Assembly (NCBI GenBank): GCA_964016885.1
Contig: OZ024750.1
Location: 15,996,001-16,060,000 of the forward strand
DNA from: Eledone cirrhosa
Taxonomy: Eukaryota
Direction: 5' to 3'
Length of the DNA stretch: 64,000 nt
This document shows positions 27,651 through 41,199 of this stretch, in pieces. The position numbers and the translations under genes are program-made. The notes beneath the pieces were generated by a model that was given only the letters and a program-made list of their open reading frames with translations, was not told the origin of the DNA and made no database searches. How positions within the stretch are numbered: position 1 is the stretch's first letter; every line of letters starts with the position of its first letter.

Positions 27651-28122
27651 TGAATATATACTCTGAATATATCAGAGTATATTAAATAGATTTAACATTA
27701 AGGAACAAATAGTTAGAGTACTGGAATAGGAAGATCCCAGTTGATTATGAGTTCAAAGGCAATGTAGGGTGACATGTTAATCTGTTTATCTGAGCTTAAC
27801 TAAGTGAAAATTATTAACTCCCTTGAAATGGCATAGCTGAGTGAATTAGATTAGGTAGAGAAGATCTCTAGTTATGATACAACAACAGGCTCAAACAGAG
27901 AAATAAGTATACAGAGTTTCTCAGAAATACTTAATCTAGACTAATTTGTTAAACCAATTAGAAAGAGCAATTAAATCTTTTATTTATTTTTTGTTTTAAT
28001 TTATTAGAAATGACTGAAATTCTTTTATCTAATGTTGGAAGTAAAAAAAAAAAACAACAGCTGCTACTTTTAGATCAATTCCAAGAAAAAAGGTGCGTAT
28101 ATATAGAATATATATATAGATA

Positions 28123-28352
28123 CGGTGAAGGCGTGTGGCTGAGTGGTTAGAGAATTGGATTCGCAATCGTAAGGTTGTGAGTTCGATTCCTGGACCAGGC
28201 GATGCGTTATGTCCTTGAGCAAGACACTTTATTTCACGTTGCTCCTTCTACCTGGAGTTGCGACCGATAGATAGTATAAGCAATTGGAAAGACCAACGGA
28301 AACATTGTTCCCTCGGTCCGATTTGACGAAAGTCGATCGTTTAAAAAAAAAA
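28123..28352 (+). mobile_element. tRNA-head SINE family B, full length
   Basis: Box A TGGCTGAGTGG, box B GAGTTCGATTCC, body GTCCTTGAGCAAGACACTTTATTTCACGTTGCTCC. Older relatives near 7.8-8.0, 9.0-9.2, 10.4-10.9, 18.3-18.4, 19.7-19.85, 38.0-38.3, 40.0, 48.0-48.2 and 53.8-54.5 kb. Confidence 0.85.
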
Positions 28353-28685
28353 TATATAGATACATATACATATATATACATATGTACATATATATGTATA
28401 TTGAATATTGTAGATGTCACGAATATGTATATATGTATATTGTAGATGTCACGACAAAAAGCACCCAGCACAGACTGTAAATGTGGTTGCTGTTAGGAAG
28501 GGCATCCAGCTGTAGAAATCTAGCCAGAAAGTTCCATATGAGCAAGACATGGTCACCTGACCCAACTGGCTTCAAATGGGACAACCCATATTAGTGTGGA
28601 AAGTGGACGTTAAATGGTGATGATGATAATATATATATATATATATATATTTGTATCATCTAACCCATGGTATCATGGAAAAGTG

Positions 28686-29030
28686 GACAAACATGAGGAC
28701 ATATCTTGGTGGAGATAAACAATCAGAGCAGTTTGCCCAAAATCTATTAATGCTTTGGGATGGAAGACTTCCTGTAGATAGTATGGTAGCTATTAATATA
28801 AGTCCCATAGACACAATGGTGGAATCATTATCCCATCTCATAGAAAAAATGTTCCCTAATCTTGAATATCAATTCACAAGTCACAAGTGGCTCAGTGAAA
28901 GGGCTACATTGGCCCTAAAAATGTGACTGTGAAATTGGTAAATCAAGAGTTGCTCTTAAAAAGAATTTCAATGGTTTTGAATCTCTATTGATTTGTTGAT
29001 ACTGTGGTGAAACAGTCGGAAGCTGTCAAT
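28686..29030 (+). mobile_element. Helitron PIF1-like helicase relic
   Basis: TNMRTYLGGDKQSEQFAQNLLMLWDGRLP...LIEKMFPNL...HKWLSERATLALK matches the Helitron helicase motifs 'NMR...FA..LL.IGDG' and 'ERAILAPKN'; frame-disrupted. Confidence 0.85.
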
Positions 29031-29344
29031 TAGGGTGTAGCTATAGAAGAGACAGGACCCAATGGCTGAGCTCTTGCCATTTCCTAGATCTCAGCTGTTA
29101 GGCCCCGACTCTCTACTATATATATATAAATATACATACCATCACACACATATATATCCTTGAAACGATCATAAAATGATGAATTTTTTAATATAAGGAA
29201 CTGTTTCTTTGTTTTTATTCATTATTTTTATTAATTTATATATTCACACATATTTTACATCACAAGTGTTCTGGGATTATCTTGGTTAGCATAACTATCC
29301 AGTTTAAAGCTGGGTTGTGTTTAACAGCATTGCAGTTAACCCAT

Positions 29345-29562
29345 CCACTTGTAATTAAGTGATTGCTCCCTTCCCAGTCATATGTATGTACACATATAAC
29401 GCAGTCCTTCCACTTGTAATTAAATGATTGCTCCCTTCCCAGTCATATGTATGTACACATATAACGCAGTCCTTCCACTTGTAATTAAATGATTGCTCCC
29501 TTCCCAGTCATATGTATGTACACATATAACGCAGTCTTTCCACTGGTAATTAAGTGATTGCT
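29345..29562. repeat. 65-bp tandem repeat, 3.3 copies
   Basis: CCACTTGTAATTAA starts at 29345, 29410, 29475 and 29540. Confidence 0.95.
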
Positions 29563-29789
29563 TGCTAATCAGCAATATACTATTATGGTACATAAATATA
29601 CATACAGATTTGTAAGCATACATACAGTTTAACAGATACTTCACACAAGCAAGACACAACCACACAAGGTGTTCTACATTTAGATTCGATTATGTGAGTG
29701 ACACAGACAAGGATGTGTGATTTTTCTTTTATTGCTGCACATGCATGACTGGAACCTTTAGATGGAAAGTATTCCTATCATACTATCAG

Positions 29790-32700
29790 GATATATATAC
29801 ACACATACATATACAGGTATATATATATATACATACATACACACACAGGTATATATATACATACATACACAAGTATATATATACATACATATACAAGTAT
29901 ATATATATACATACATATACAAGTATATATATATACATATACAAGTATATATATATATATACATACATACATATACAAGTATATATATATATATACATAC
30001 ATATACAAGTATATATATATATATACATACATATACAAGTATATATATATACATACATACATATACAAGTATATATATATACATACATACATATACAAGT
30101 ATATATATATACATACATACATATACAAGTATATATATATACATACATACATATACAAGTATATATATATACATACATACATATACAAGTATATATATAT
30201 ACATACATATACAAGTATATATATATATACATACATATACAAGTATATATATATATACATACATATACAAGTATATATATATACATACATATACAAGTAT
30301 ATATATATATACATACATATACAAGTATATATATATACATACATATACAAGTATATATATATACATACATATACAAGTATATATATATACATACATATAC
30401 AAGTATATATATACATACATATACAAGTATATATATACATACATATACAAGTATATATATACATACATACATATACAAGTATATATATACATACATACAT
30501 ATACAAGTATATATATATACATACATATACAAGTATATATATATACATACATATACAAGTATATATATATATATACATACATATACAAGTATATATATAT
30601 ATATACATACATATACAAGTATATATATATATATACATACATATACAAGTATATATATATATATACATACATATACAAGTATATATATATATATACATAC
30701 ATATACAAGTATATATATATATATACATACATACATATACAAGTATATATATATATATACATACATACACATACAAGTATATATATATACATACATACAT
30801 ATACAAGTATATATATATACATACATATACAAGTATATATATATATACATACATATACAAGTATATATATATATACACATACATATACAAGTATATATAT
30901 ATATACATACATATACAAGTATATATATATATACATACATATACAAGTATATATATATATACATACATATACAAGTATATATATATACATACATACATAT
31001 ACAAGTATATATATATACATACATACATATACAAGTATATATATATACATACATATACAAGTATATATATATACATACATATACAAGTATATATATATAC
31101 ATACATATACAAGTATATATATATACATACATATACAAGTATATATATATACATACATATACAAGTATATATATATACATACATATACAAGTATATATAT
31201 ATACATATACATACAAGTATATATATATACATACATATACAAGTATATATATATACATATACATACAAGTATATATACATACATACATATATATACAAGT
31301 ATATATACATACATATATATACAAGTATATATATACATACATATATATACAAGTATATATATACATATATAGGTATATATATACACACACACACACACAT
31401 ACAGGTATATATATATACACACACATATACAGGTATATATATACACACACACATATACAGGTATATATATACACACACACATATACAGGTATATATATAC
31501 ACACACACATATACAGGTATATATATACACACACACATATACAGGTATATATATACACACACACATATACAGGTATATATATACACACACACATATACAG
31601 GTATATATATACACACACACATATACAGGTATATATATACACACACACACACATATACAGGTATATATATACACACACACACATACAGGTATATATATAC
31701 ACACACACACATATACAGGTATATATATACACACACACACATATACAGGTATATATATACACACACACACATATACAGGTATATATATACACACACACAC
31801 ATATACAGGTATATATACACACACACACACATATACAGGTATACATATAAACACACACACACACATATATACAGGTATATATATATACACACACACACAC
31901 ACATATATACAGGTATATATATATATACACACACATACATATATACAGGTATATATATATATACACACACATACATATACAGGTATATATATATATACAC
32001 ATACATACATATACATGTAAATATATATACACATACATATACAGGTATATATATATACACATACATACATATACAGGTATATATATATACACACATACAT
32101 ACACAGGTAAATATATATACACACACATACATATACAGGTATATATATATATATATACACACACACATACATATACAGGTATATATATATATATACACAC
32201 ACACATACATATACAGGTATATATATATATATACACACACACATACATATACAGGTATATATATATATATACACACACACATACATATACAGGTATATAT
32301 ATATATATATACACACACACATACATATACAGGTATATATATATATATACACACACACATACATATACAGGTATATATATATATATATACACACACACAT
32401 ACATATACAGGTATATATATATATATATACACACACACATACATATACAGGTATATATATATATATATACACACACACATACATATACAGGTATATATAT
32501 ATATATATACACACACACATACATATACAGGTATATATATATATATATACACACACACATACATATACAGGTATATATATATATATACACACACACATAC
32601 ATATACAGGTATATATATATATATACACACACACATACATATACAGGTATATATATATATATACACACACACATACATATACAGGTATATATATATATAT

Positions 32701-32800
32701 ACACACACACATACATATACAGGTATATATATATATATACACACACACATACATATACAGGTATATATATATATATACACACACACACATACATATACAG

Positions 32801-32831
<31 letters not shown>

Positions 32832-34480
32832 CAGGTATATATATACACACACACATACATACATATACAGGTATATATATACACACACACATACATACAT
32901 ATACAGGTATATATATACACACACACATACATACATATACAGGTATATATATACACACACACATACATACATATACAGGTATATATATACACACACACAT
33001 ACATACATATACAGGTATATATATACACACACACATACATACATATACAGGTATATATATACACACACACATACATACATATACAGGTATATATATACAC
33101 ACACATACATATACAGGTATATATATATACACACATACATATACAGGTATATATATATACACACATACATATATAGGTATATATATATATATACACACAC
33201 ACATACATATACAGGTATATATATACACACACACACACATACATATACAGGTATATATATACACACACACACACATACATATACAGGTATATATATATAT
33301 ATACACACACACATACATATACAGGTATATATATATATACACACACATACATATACAGGTATATATATATATATATACACACACACATACATATACATAT
33401 ATATATATATACACACACACATACATATACAGGTATATATATATATACACACACACATACATATACAGGTATATATATATATACACACACACATACATAT
33501 ACAGGTATATATATACACACACACATACATATACAGGTATATATATATATACACACACACATACATATACAGGTATATATATATATACACACACACATAC
33601 ATATACAGGTATATATATATATACACACACACACATACATATACAGGTATATATATATATACACACACACACATACATATACAGGTATATATATATATAT
33701 ATATACACACACATACATATACAGGTATATATATATATATACACACACATACATATACAGGTATATATATATATATATACACACACACATACATATACAG
33801 GTATATATATATATATACACACACACATACATATACAGGTATATATATATATACACACACATACATATACAGGTATATATATATATACACACACACACAT
33901 ACATATACAGGTATATATATATATACACACACATACATATACAGGTATATATATATATATATACACACATACATATACAGGTATATATATATATATACAC
34001 ACACATACATATACAGGTATATATATATATATACACACACATACATATACAGGTATATATATATATATACACACACATACATATACAGGTATATATATAT
34101 ATATACACACACATACATATACAGGTATATATATATATATACACACACATACATATACAGGTATATATATATATATACACACACATACATATACAGGTAT
34201 ATATATATATATATACACACACATACATATACAGGTATATATATATATATATACACACACATACATATACAGGTATATATATATATATACACACACACAT
34301 ACATATACAGGTATATATATATATATACACACACACATACATATACAGGTATATATATATATATACACACACACATACATATACAGGTATATATATATAT
34401 ATACACACACACATACATATACAGGTATATATATATACACACGCATACATATACAGGTAAATATATATATATATATATAT
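29790..34480. repeat. ~4.7-kb compound satellite (TA)n(CA)n-TACATATACA(A/G)G
   Basis: Units of ~22-36 bp delimited by ACAAGT or ACAGGT. Confidence 0.97.
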
Positions 34481-34528
34481 ACTGTACCGATTGTGTTGTT
34501 ATTTCTGTTTACCTTTTACACACACATA

Positions 34529-34568
<40 letters not shown>

Positions 34569-34944
34569 CATACACACGGATCTAGCTGTTGAAACAGCTG
34601 GAGCTCAGCCGTTGGGGTCCCGACTCTTTTCCTATATATATCTACACAGAGAGAGAGAGAGAGAGAGAGTTCCACAACAAATTAGCAAACCATACTTGAG
34701 GTTGCGCGTTTCATAGAATGGATTTTCAACCTGTGTATGGCTGCAGTGAGAACTGAAGAGTATACAAGCCGACTGGATTCTGCGCAACATACGATGGTAG
34801 CTTGGTGACAAGGGGGACAACTCAAATTAGACTGTTGCAGTGGTGACAAATTTCGTTTGAGGGTTAGATGTATGGTTATCCCAAGTCTTTCTAGTTATAT
34901 TAAAGATACTTCACAATATTGTTTCTGGGTTATTATTGCCTTTT

Positions 34945-35330
34945 ACGGTGAATTGGCAGTATCGGTAGAGGGTCGGACGCCATGCTTTGCAGCACAGTTA
35001 CGTCCCTTTACGGAGGACTGAGTTCAAATCCCGCCGAGGTTAACTTTGCCTTTCATCCTTATGGGGTCGATAAAATAAAGTACCAGTAATACACTGGCAT
35101 AATTGCTGGCCTTGTGCCAAAAGTAGAAACAATTATTGCCTTTTGCGGTGAATTGGCAGTATCGATAGAGGGTCGGACGCCATGCTTTGACGCATAGAGT
35201 TACGGCCCTTGCCATTCTGAGTTCAAATCCCGCCGAGGTTAACTTTGCTTTTCATCCTTACGGGGGTCGATAACATAAAGTACCAGTAATGTACTGGGTA
35301 ATTGCTGGCCTTGTGCCAATAATAGAAACA
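34945..35330 (+). mobile_element. Head-to-tail SINE family A dimer
   Basis: Two full copies; ATTATTGCCTTTT occurs before, between and after them. Confidence 0.9.
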
Positions 35331-35459
35331 ATTATTGCCTTTTGTTAGAATTGTGTATTTCTCTTCTGTCACTCTAGAACTCTTGAGAAGAAAAGTGTTA
35401 AATATATGCATTGGTGTTTATTAGGAGTTTTGTATTATTTACCATAGCAACTGAACCAT

Positions 35460-35977
35460 CTGACCACCCTCCCCCAACATCACCACTACTATTACTATTA
35501 TCACCATTGCCATCACCACTCTCCACACCACCACCAACACAACCAGCACTATTACTATCATCATCACTACCACAAACAACTGCCACTATCACCACCACCA
35601 TCTTTACTATTACTATCACCACCACCATCTTTACTATTACTATCACCACCACCACCACCACCACTATTACTAACATCACCACTGCCACCACCACCACCAA
35701 CCACCACCAGCCACCACTGTTAGTATCACTGCCACCACCACCCACCACTATTACTATCATCACCACTGCCACCACCACCCACCACTATTACTATCATCAC
35801 CACTGCCACCACCACTACCACTATCATCACCACTGCCACCACCACTACCACTATTACTATCATCACCACTGCCACCACCACCCACCACTATTACTATCAT
35901 CACCACTGCCACCACCACTACCACTGCCACCACCACTACCACTATTACTATCATCACCACTGCCACCACCACCACCA
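35460..35977. repeat. (CAC)n/(TAC)n compound repeat
   Basis: Direct observation. Confidence 0.9.
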
Positions 35978-36405
35978 GTGTCTTACAAGTGTTTATCTAA
36001 ACTATAATATATATAATAAAAAACACAGTAGCATTGTCATACACACACACACACACACACACACATAAACAGAAAGACAGACACACACAGGGTGTATAGA
36101 AGAAACACATACATACACACAGACAGAGAGAGAGACAACAAGTTAGCAGTGTTGATCAGTGGAACCTTTAAATCTGACATTTAACTGTATTTGACCCCTC
36201 CTGACTGAGTCAACCACACAGACACACACACACACACACATACACACACACACACACACACAGACACACTGGCAGGTGTATAAGTACAGACATGTGAGGT
36301 GTATAAAAGGATAACACACACACACACGCACACATGGAAGTGGTGGACTCCACCCTACTAAGTCAGACATACATACATGTACGCACACAAACATATACAC
36401 ACCCA

Positions 36406-36440
<35 letters not shown>

Positions 36441-38603
36441 CAGATGAGGTGTATAGATCACATATATTTACACACAGTCATTATATACCCAGTGCATATA
36501 CATACATTATGAGAAGATGTGTCTAGTTATATATATATATATATATATATATCACACACACACACACCTCACCCAATTTATGTACATCATTATGAGGTGT
36601 ATGACCTCTCAGTGAGTAATACAGAGACAAAGATAGGCACACAAGGTGTATAGGAGGATCATACACACAACCACCACCACCACCACCACCACCACTACTA
36701 CTACTAGCTCCATTTAATGGCTCTCTATATATATATCATCACCATTTAACATCCATTTTTCCATACTACCATGGGTTAGGCGAGTTGTCCTGTTGTGAGA
36801 AATGCCAGGTCAGATGACCATGTCTTGCTTATATAGGACTGTGTTGGTTTGATTTCTACAGCTGGATGCCCTTCCTAACACCAACCACACACACACACAC
36901 ATAATTGCCTGTCATATTTGTGTGAATGTAAGAGAGATATTGAGAAAGTATTAGTGTCTTAGTGAAGGCAAATGCCGATATTAGATAATACAGTGATCGT
37001 GATATAACACGGTTTGAAATCAATTATTGGTTCAACAGGTTTCTCATTAAGATTTACAGTGTCACTGATTAGTCATGTTCGTTCGATGTATATGACAGCA
37101 TCTCTTCATAATGAACACTGCCACCTGGAGGTTTTCCCAGGTCACCCATCCAATTACTGATGGCAGAGAGATTCATGATAACATGCAGCTAAATTTTTTT
37201 AGTTTATCGTATTGCAAATTTCAATTTATTTGCCAAGTTATCATCCACATCAGGTCTGGCAAGTTATCACCATTTGCAAACTTAACATATATTACTGACA
37301 ATTACTATATTAAAGAGCCATATAAAAGACTTACAAAAACTATCAAATATACTTTACCTCAATACTGTACACAATATTAATTTATTTTATCGCTGTTTTG
37401 GGTGTCCAAATTTTCATGGACTGTTTATCACTTGGTCACTGACACAGTGGAACTATTAAATTTACTTTATATTTATCATTTATTTATTTCTATCAAAATT
37501 TTCATCATACTGTTCACGACCTAGTCATGTACATCATCTTTATCATCAACATCATCATTATCTAGCATCCATTTTCCTTGCTAGCAAGGGTTAAATTCAC
37601 TTTGTATTTATCATATATAGTGTCAAAATTTTCATCACACTGTGACCCGGTCACTGACACAGTGGAACTATTAAATTCACTTTATATTTATCATTGATTT
37701 CTTGATATATATGTGTACAATGCTATTACACCAGTTACTGAAGTAGCTATGATATGATTACAACTTAAAACACAGCAAGACTAAATGTGTTTATTATACA
37801 TAAACATATTGTGTATGGGTTAATATATATCTTTATTCTGAATCACACTGTGTTAGTACTATCACTAACAAGAGCAGTCGAACTTTCACTATAGGTGTAT
37901 AAGCTTTCAACAATAATAATTTATTTACTAAATCTATAAAACTTTCAAGTCTTTCATCTGTCAGTTTCTTAGAGTAAGTAAACATCTACTGAAGTCAGAA
38001 GATGTCCAAAGTCTGGTGCTTATCCCAGTTTCTTTGGCATTAACTAACTGAGTTTACAAGACTCCCCCTGGACAAGACACCAGTCCATCACAGAGTTAAA
38101 CCCTCAGCTATTGCTGGTACCCATTTTCAGCTGAGTATACTGAAGCAATGTGAAATGAAGTATTTTGCTCAAGTCCACAACACACAACCGAGTCCAGGAA
38201 TTGAACCCATGACATTATGATTCATCAAGTTCAACACCCTTACCATAAGGCCAAGGCCATGTGCCTCCACTTAAAATACATGTATAGAGCTCTCTTACAA
38301 TGATAGCTGTGACATGATCACAATTTGAAATACTCACAGCAGGATTATATCTATATTTAATATCCATAAACTTGTTATGGGTCCATACACTCCTTTTTAA
38401 TTTCATGACGTCAATGTTTTTTCTGTATTGCTTGTGATCTGATAAATGACAGCTCAACCGTGACAAGCAGCGTGATGAAAAGGAGTGTATGAAACTATTC
38501 AATATGTTTATGGATAATAAATATTCATAGGACCCTGTTGTGATTGACTTGAGATCATGTATCAAAATTATAAAGTGAAGTTAACAGTTTTTGTACTTCT
38601 TAC

Positions 38604-38681
38604 TTCAAATGACCTTTCAATGTTGCAATTGCTTTAGTTTCAACAAACGATCTCAGATCAAGTTACTTGTCAAACACAACT
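38604..38681 (-). other. Candidate 78-nt non-coding (5' UTR) exon
   Basis: Acceptor tatctactgtttcag| and donor GAA|GTAAGA; stop codons in all three frames. Confidence 0.25.
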
Positions 38682-38757
38682 CTGAAACAGTAGATACCTA
38701 TTTTGATACAAACCCAGTCAAAACTGGCTCTGGTTCTATGAAACAAAATCACCCATT

Positions 38758-38967
38758 TTAACCCTTTAGCATTTAAACTGACCATATCCGGCCAGAATTC
38801 TCACACCTCTTTCTGTTTAAATTGGCTATAACTGATCGCTCATACTGACGTTAAAGTATTGTTCTCAAATTAAATAATATCAAAATCCCAGATTTAATAT
38901 TATGTGAAGTAAATCCTTTACCGCAAGAATGCAATAGTATATATAGAGTAATGTGGGGTTAAAGGGT
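38758..38967. mobile_element. piggyBac-type MITE family 1, nested in a family-2 fragment
   Basis: TTAA|CCCTTTAGCATTTA start; the flanks match family-2 sequence repeated at 39070-39240. Confidence 0.75.
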
Positions 38968-40260
38968 TCCTTTTCAAATAAATATTTTCTAACATAATTT
39001 TATGTAAAAACCTTAGTAAAAAACATTATCTATAGTAATAATTTCAGTAAATCCCTCAAAATTTCTTGTTAACCCTTTTGATACCAATGTGACCAAAATC
39101 AGCTCATATTCTATGAAACAAAATCACCCATTTTAAAGGGTTTGTTTCTATATCAATTATAATCTTCTAACATAATTTTATATAAAAACCATGTTAATAA
39201 GTTACTATCTTAGTAATGAAATAGTTAATAATTTTAGTAAATCCCTCAAAATACTGTGGTTGCAATGTGAACTCCTTAACTATGCTTGCAGCTATGTTTA
39301 TAGTTCCATAAATCTTATCTATTCGTTTTTTAACATGGAACCAAACTTCTGCAAGTACAACAGAACTTGCCATGGGTTAAGGTCAAGGGATAGGTGAGAT
39401 GTGTAAGAGGTACTACTACTACTACCAACAACAAGTGTTTATGTCTGAGAATGACAGCTCTTTTTTGCTGACAGTTGCCTGATATCACCTTTGTCACAGA
39501 CAGCCATATCATCTTAGCTCAACGACAACTGACATATTATTAAACAACACTTGTCACAAACACTTCCATTTTCATAAGACTTAGACACTTACTGGACTGG
39601 CTAGGGTGTCTGCTAAAAATAGCAGCCAAACATCACACAAATTACACGCTACTGTCTTACATTAGATACAAAGGAAAGGAGCTGACCATCGGATTGGACC
39701 AAGGAAACTTAATCCTCCCATCCAACCCTTTAAACATTCATGGCCTCAGGACTGAGGCTTTAATTATTAATCCAGAAAGGACAAATAGCAAAGTTGACCT
39801 CACTAAGATTTGAACTCAGTGCACAGAGAACCAGAATAAATACTTTTTGATTCTTGAGAGGGTCGTGACAGCTGAGTCCTCAAGTATACCTTCCAGAAGA
39901 AATACTCAAGAATTTAATTCGATGACCCAACAACTGCCTTATCCATGAATAAAAAGGATAGTGTGAAGAATGCAGTCCCTTCTATACATAAAAGTTGTAA
40001 CGAGTTTGATCATGCATCTCTGAATTTAAGAAGTTCGCTTCACAACCATATGGTTCGGGGTTTGGTCTACAGGCAAGCGTTTCCTGTTGTAGCCTCGTGT
40101 TGACCAATGTGTTGAGTGAAATATTGTAGACACAATTGTACACACACACACACGTGTGTGTATGAAAGGTAAACAGAAATAACAAAACAAATGGCACAGA
40201 ACATAGAAAGAATATATTAGTTTAATGCTTTAAATAGCACACACACATATATATATATAT

Positions 40261-40342
40261 AAGATTTAATATAGAAATGGCTTCTACCGGACTAGAACTG
40301 TTTCATTCGAAGGAAATCATCAGGCTTTCTATATTAAATCTT
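40261..40342 (-). mobile_element. (TA)n-embedded foldback element with a degenerate hammerhead core
   Basis: 17-bp inverted ends AAGATTTAATATAGAAA. Minus strand has CTGATGA-tTTCcttcGAAt-GAAA-CagttctaG-TC, but stem I is not paired. A related 3' half lies at about 43466-43505 (+). Confidence 0.5.
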
Positions 40343-41199
40343 GTATATACTCTATGTATTGACTACCTTACTTACTGTGGTTACCCAGGATATATATACA
40401 TATATATTGGAAAATGTGTGAGATCCTTTGGTACAGTTAGGTATATTTGAAAAAAAGAAAAAGAATGACTTCACTTGTAGTGTTAAAACATTTTATGATT
40501 TAATGTTATAATATTATAATATTATAACATTAAATCATAAAATTGAAGTCATTCTTTTCCTTTTTTTCAAATAAATATATATATACATACATACATACAC
40601 ACGCGCGCACGTGTGTCTATGTGTTTTTACAATTACTGATATCTTTTTAACGATGATGTCGTTTTACATCAATTAAACCAATGGATTAAATATAGATGTA
40701 TATATTTTAAGGTGCCTCTTTGAAGCTGTAGATTATGATTATTTAGATGAAATTAACAGCAAAAAAAAAAATAAATAAATACATCCGCAATTCGTAGAAG
40801 TAGATATATTATTTCAGTATATAAATTTTATAACATTATCCTGATTGGTATTATTTAAGAACATAAAATTAGAAGACACGATGAAAATATTTACGTTTAA
40901 CCTAAATACAAATAAAAAGTATTCAGTAACTGAAAGCATTTATAATTAATTTCATCAACATAATCGTAATCTACACCTTGGAAGACTTATCTCTACCAAA
41001 TTTCATTAAAACATATATTATCAACAAAGTTACGCAGAAATAGTCGGACACGCGCACACACACACACGCGCGTTAAATCGTAGTTATGACAAGCTGACTA
41101 CAATAGACGGATTAATATTTCATAAAAGATGAAATAAATAGAAAATTATAATAAAAGACTTAATTATTGTCGTTTTTTAATTCCACAACAAACATTGAA

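Noticed and set aside
28123-28195. tRNA-like sequence with box A and box B
   Set aside because: Continues into a SINE body shared by other copies, so it is a SINE head rather than a tRNA gene.
29745-34450. Very long ORFs (up to 1562 aa) in several frames
   Set aside because: Translations of TA/CA satellite that lacks stop codons; not protein-coding.
34753-34796. CTGAAGA-GTAT...ATAC-GATG
   Set aside because: GATG instead of GAAA and no stem I.
38406-38413. Perfect CRE TGACGTCA
   Set aside because: A single 8-mer is expected by chance in 64 kb and has no independent support.
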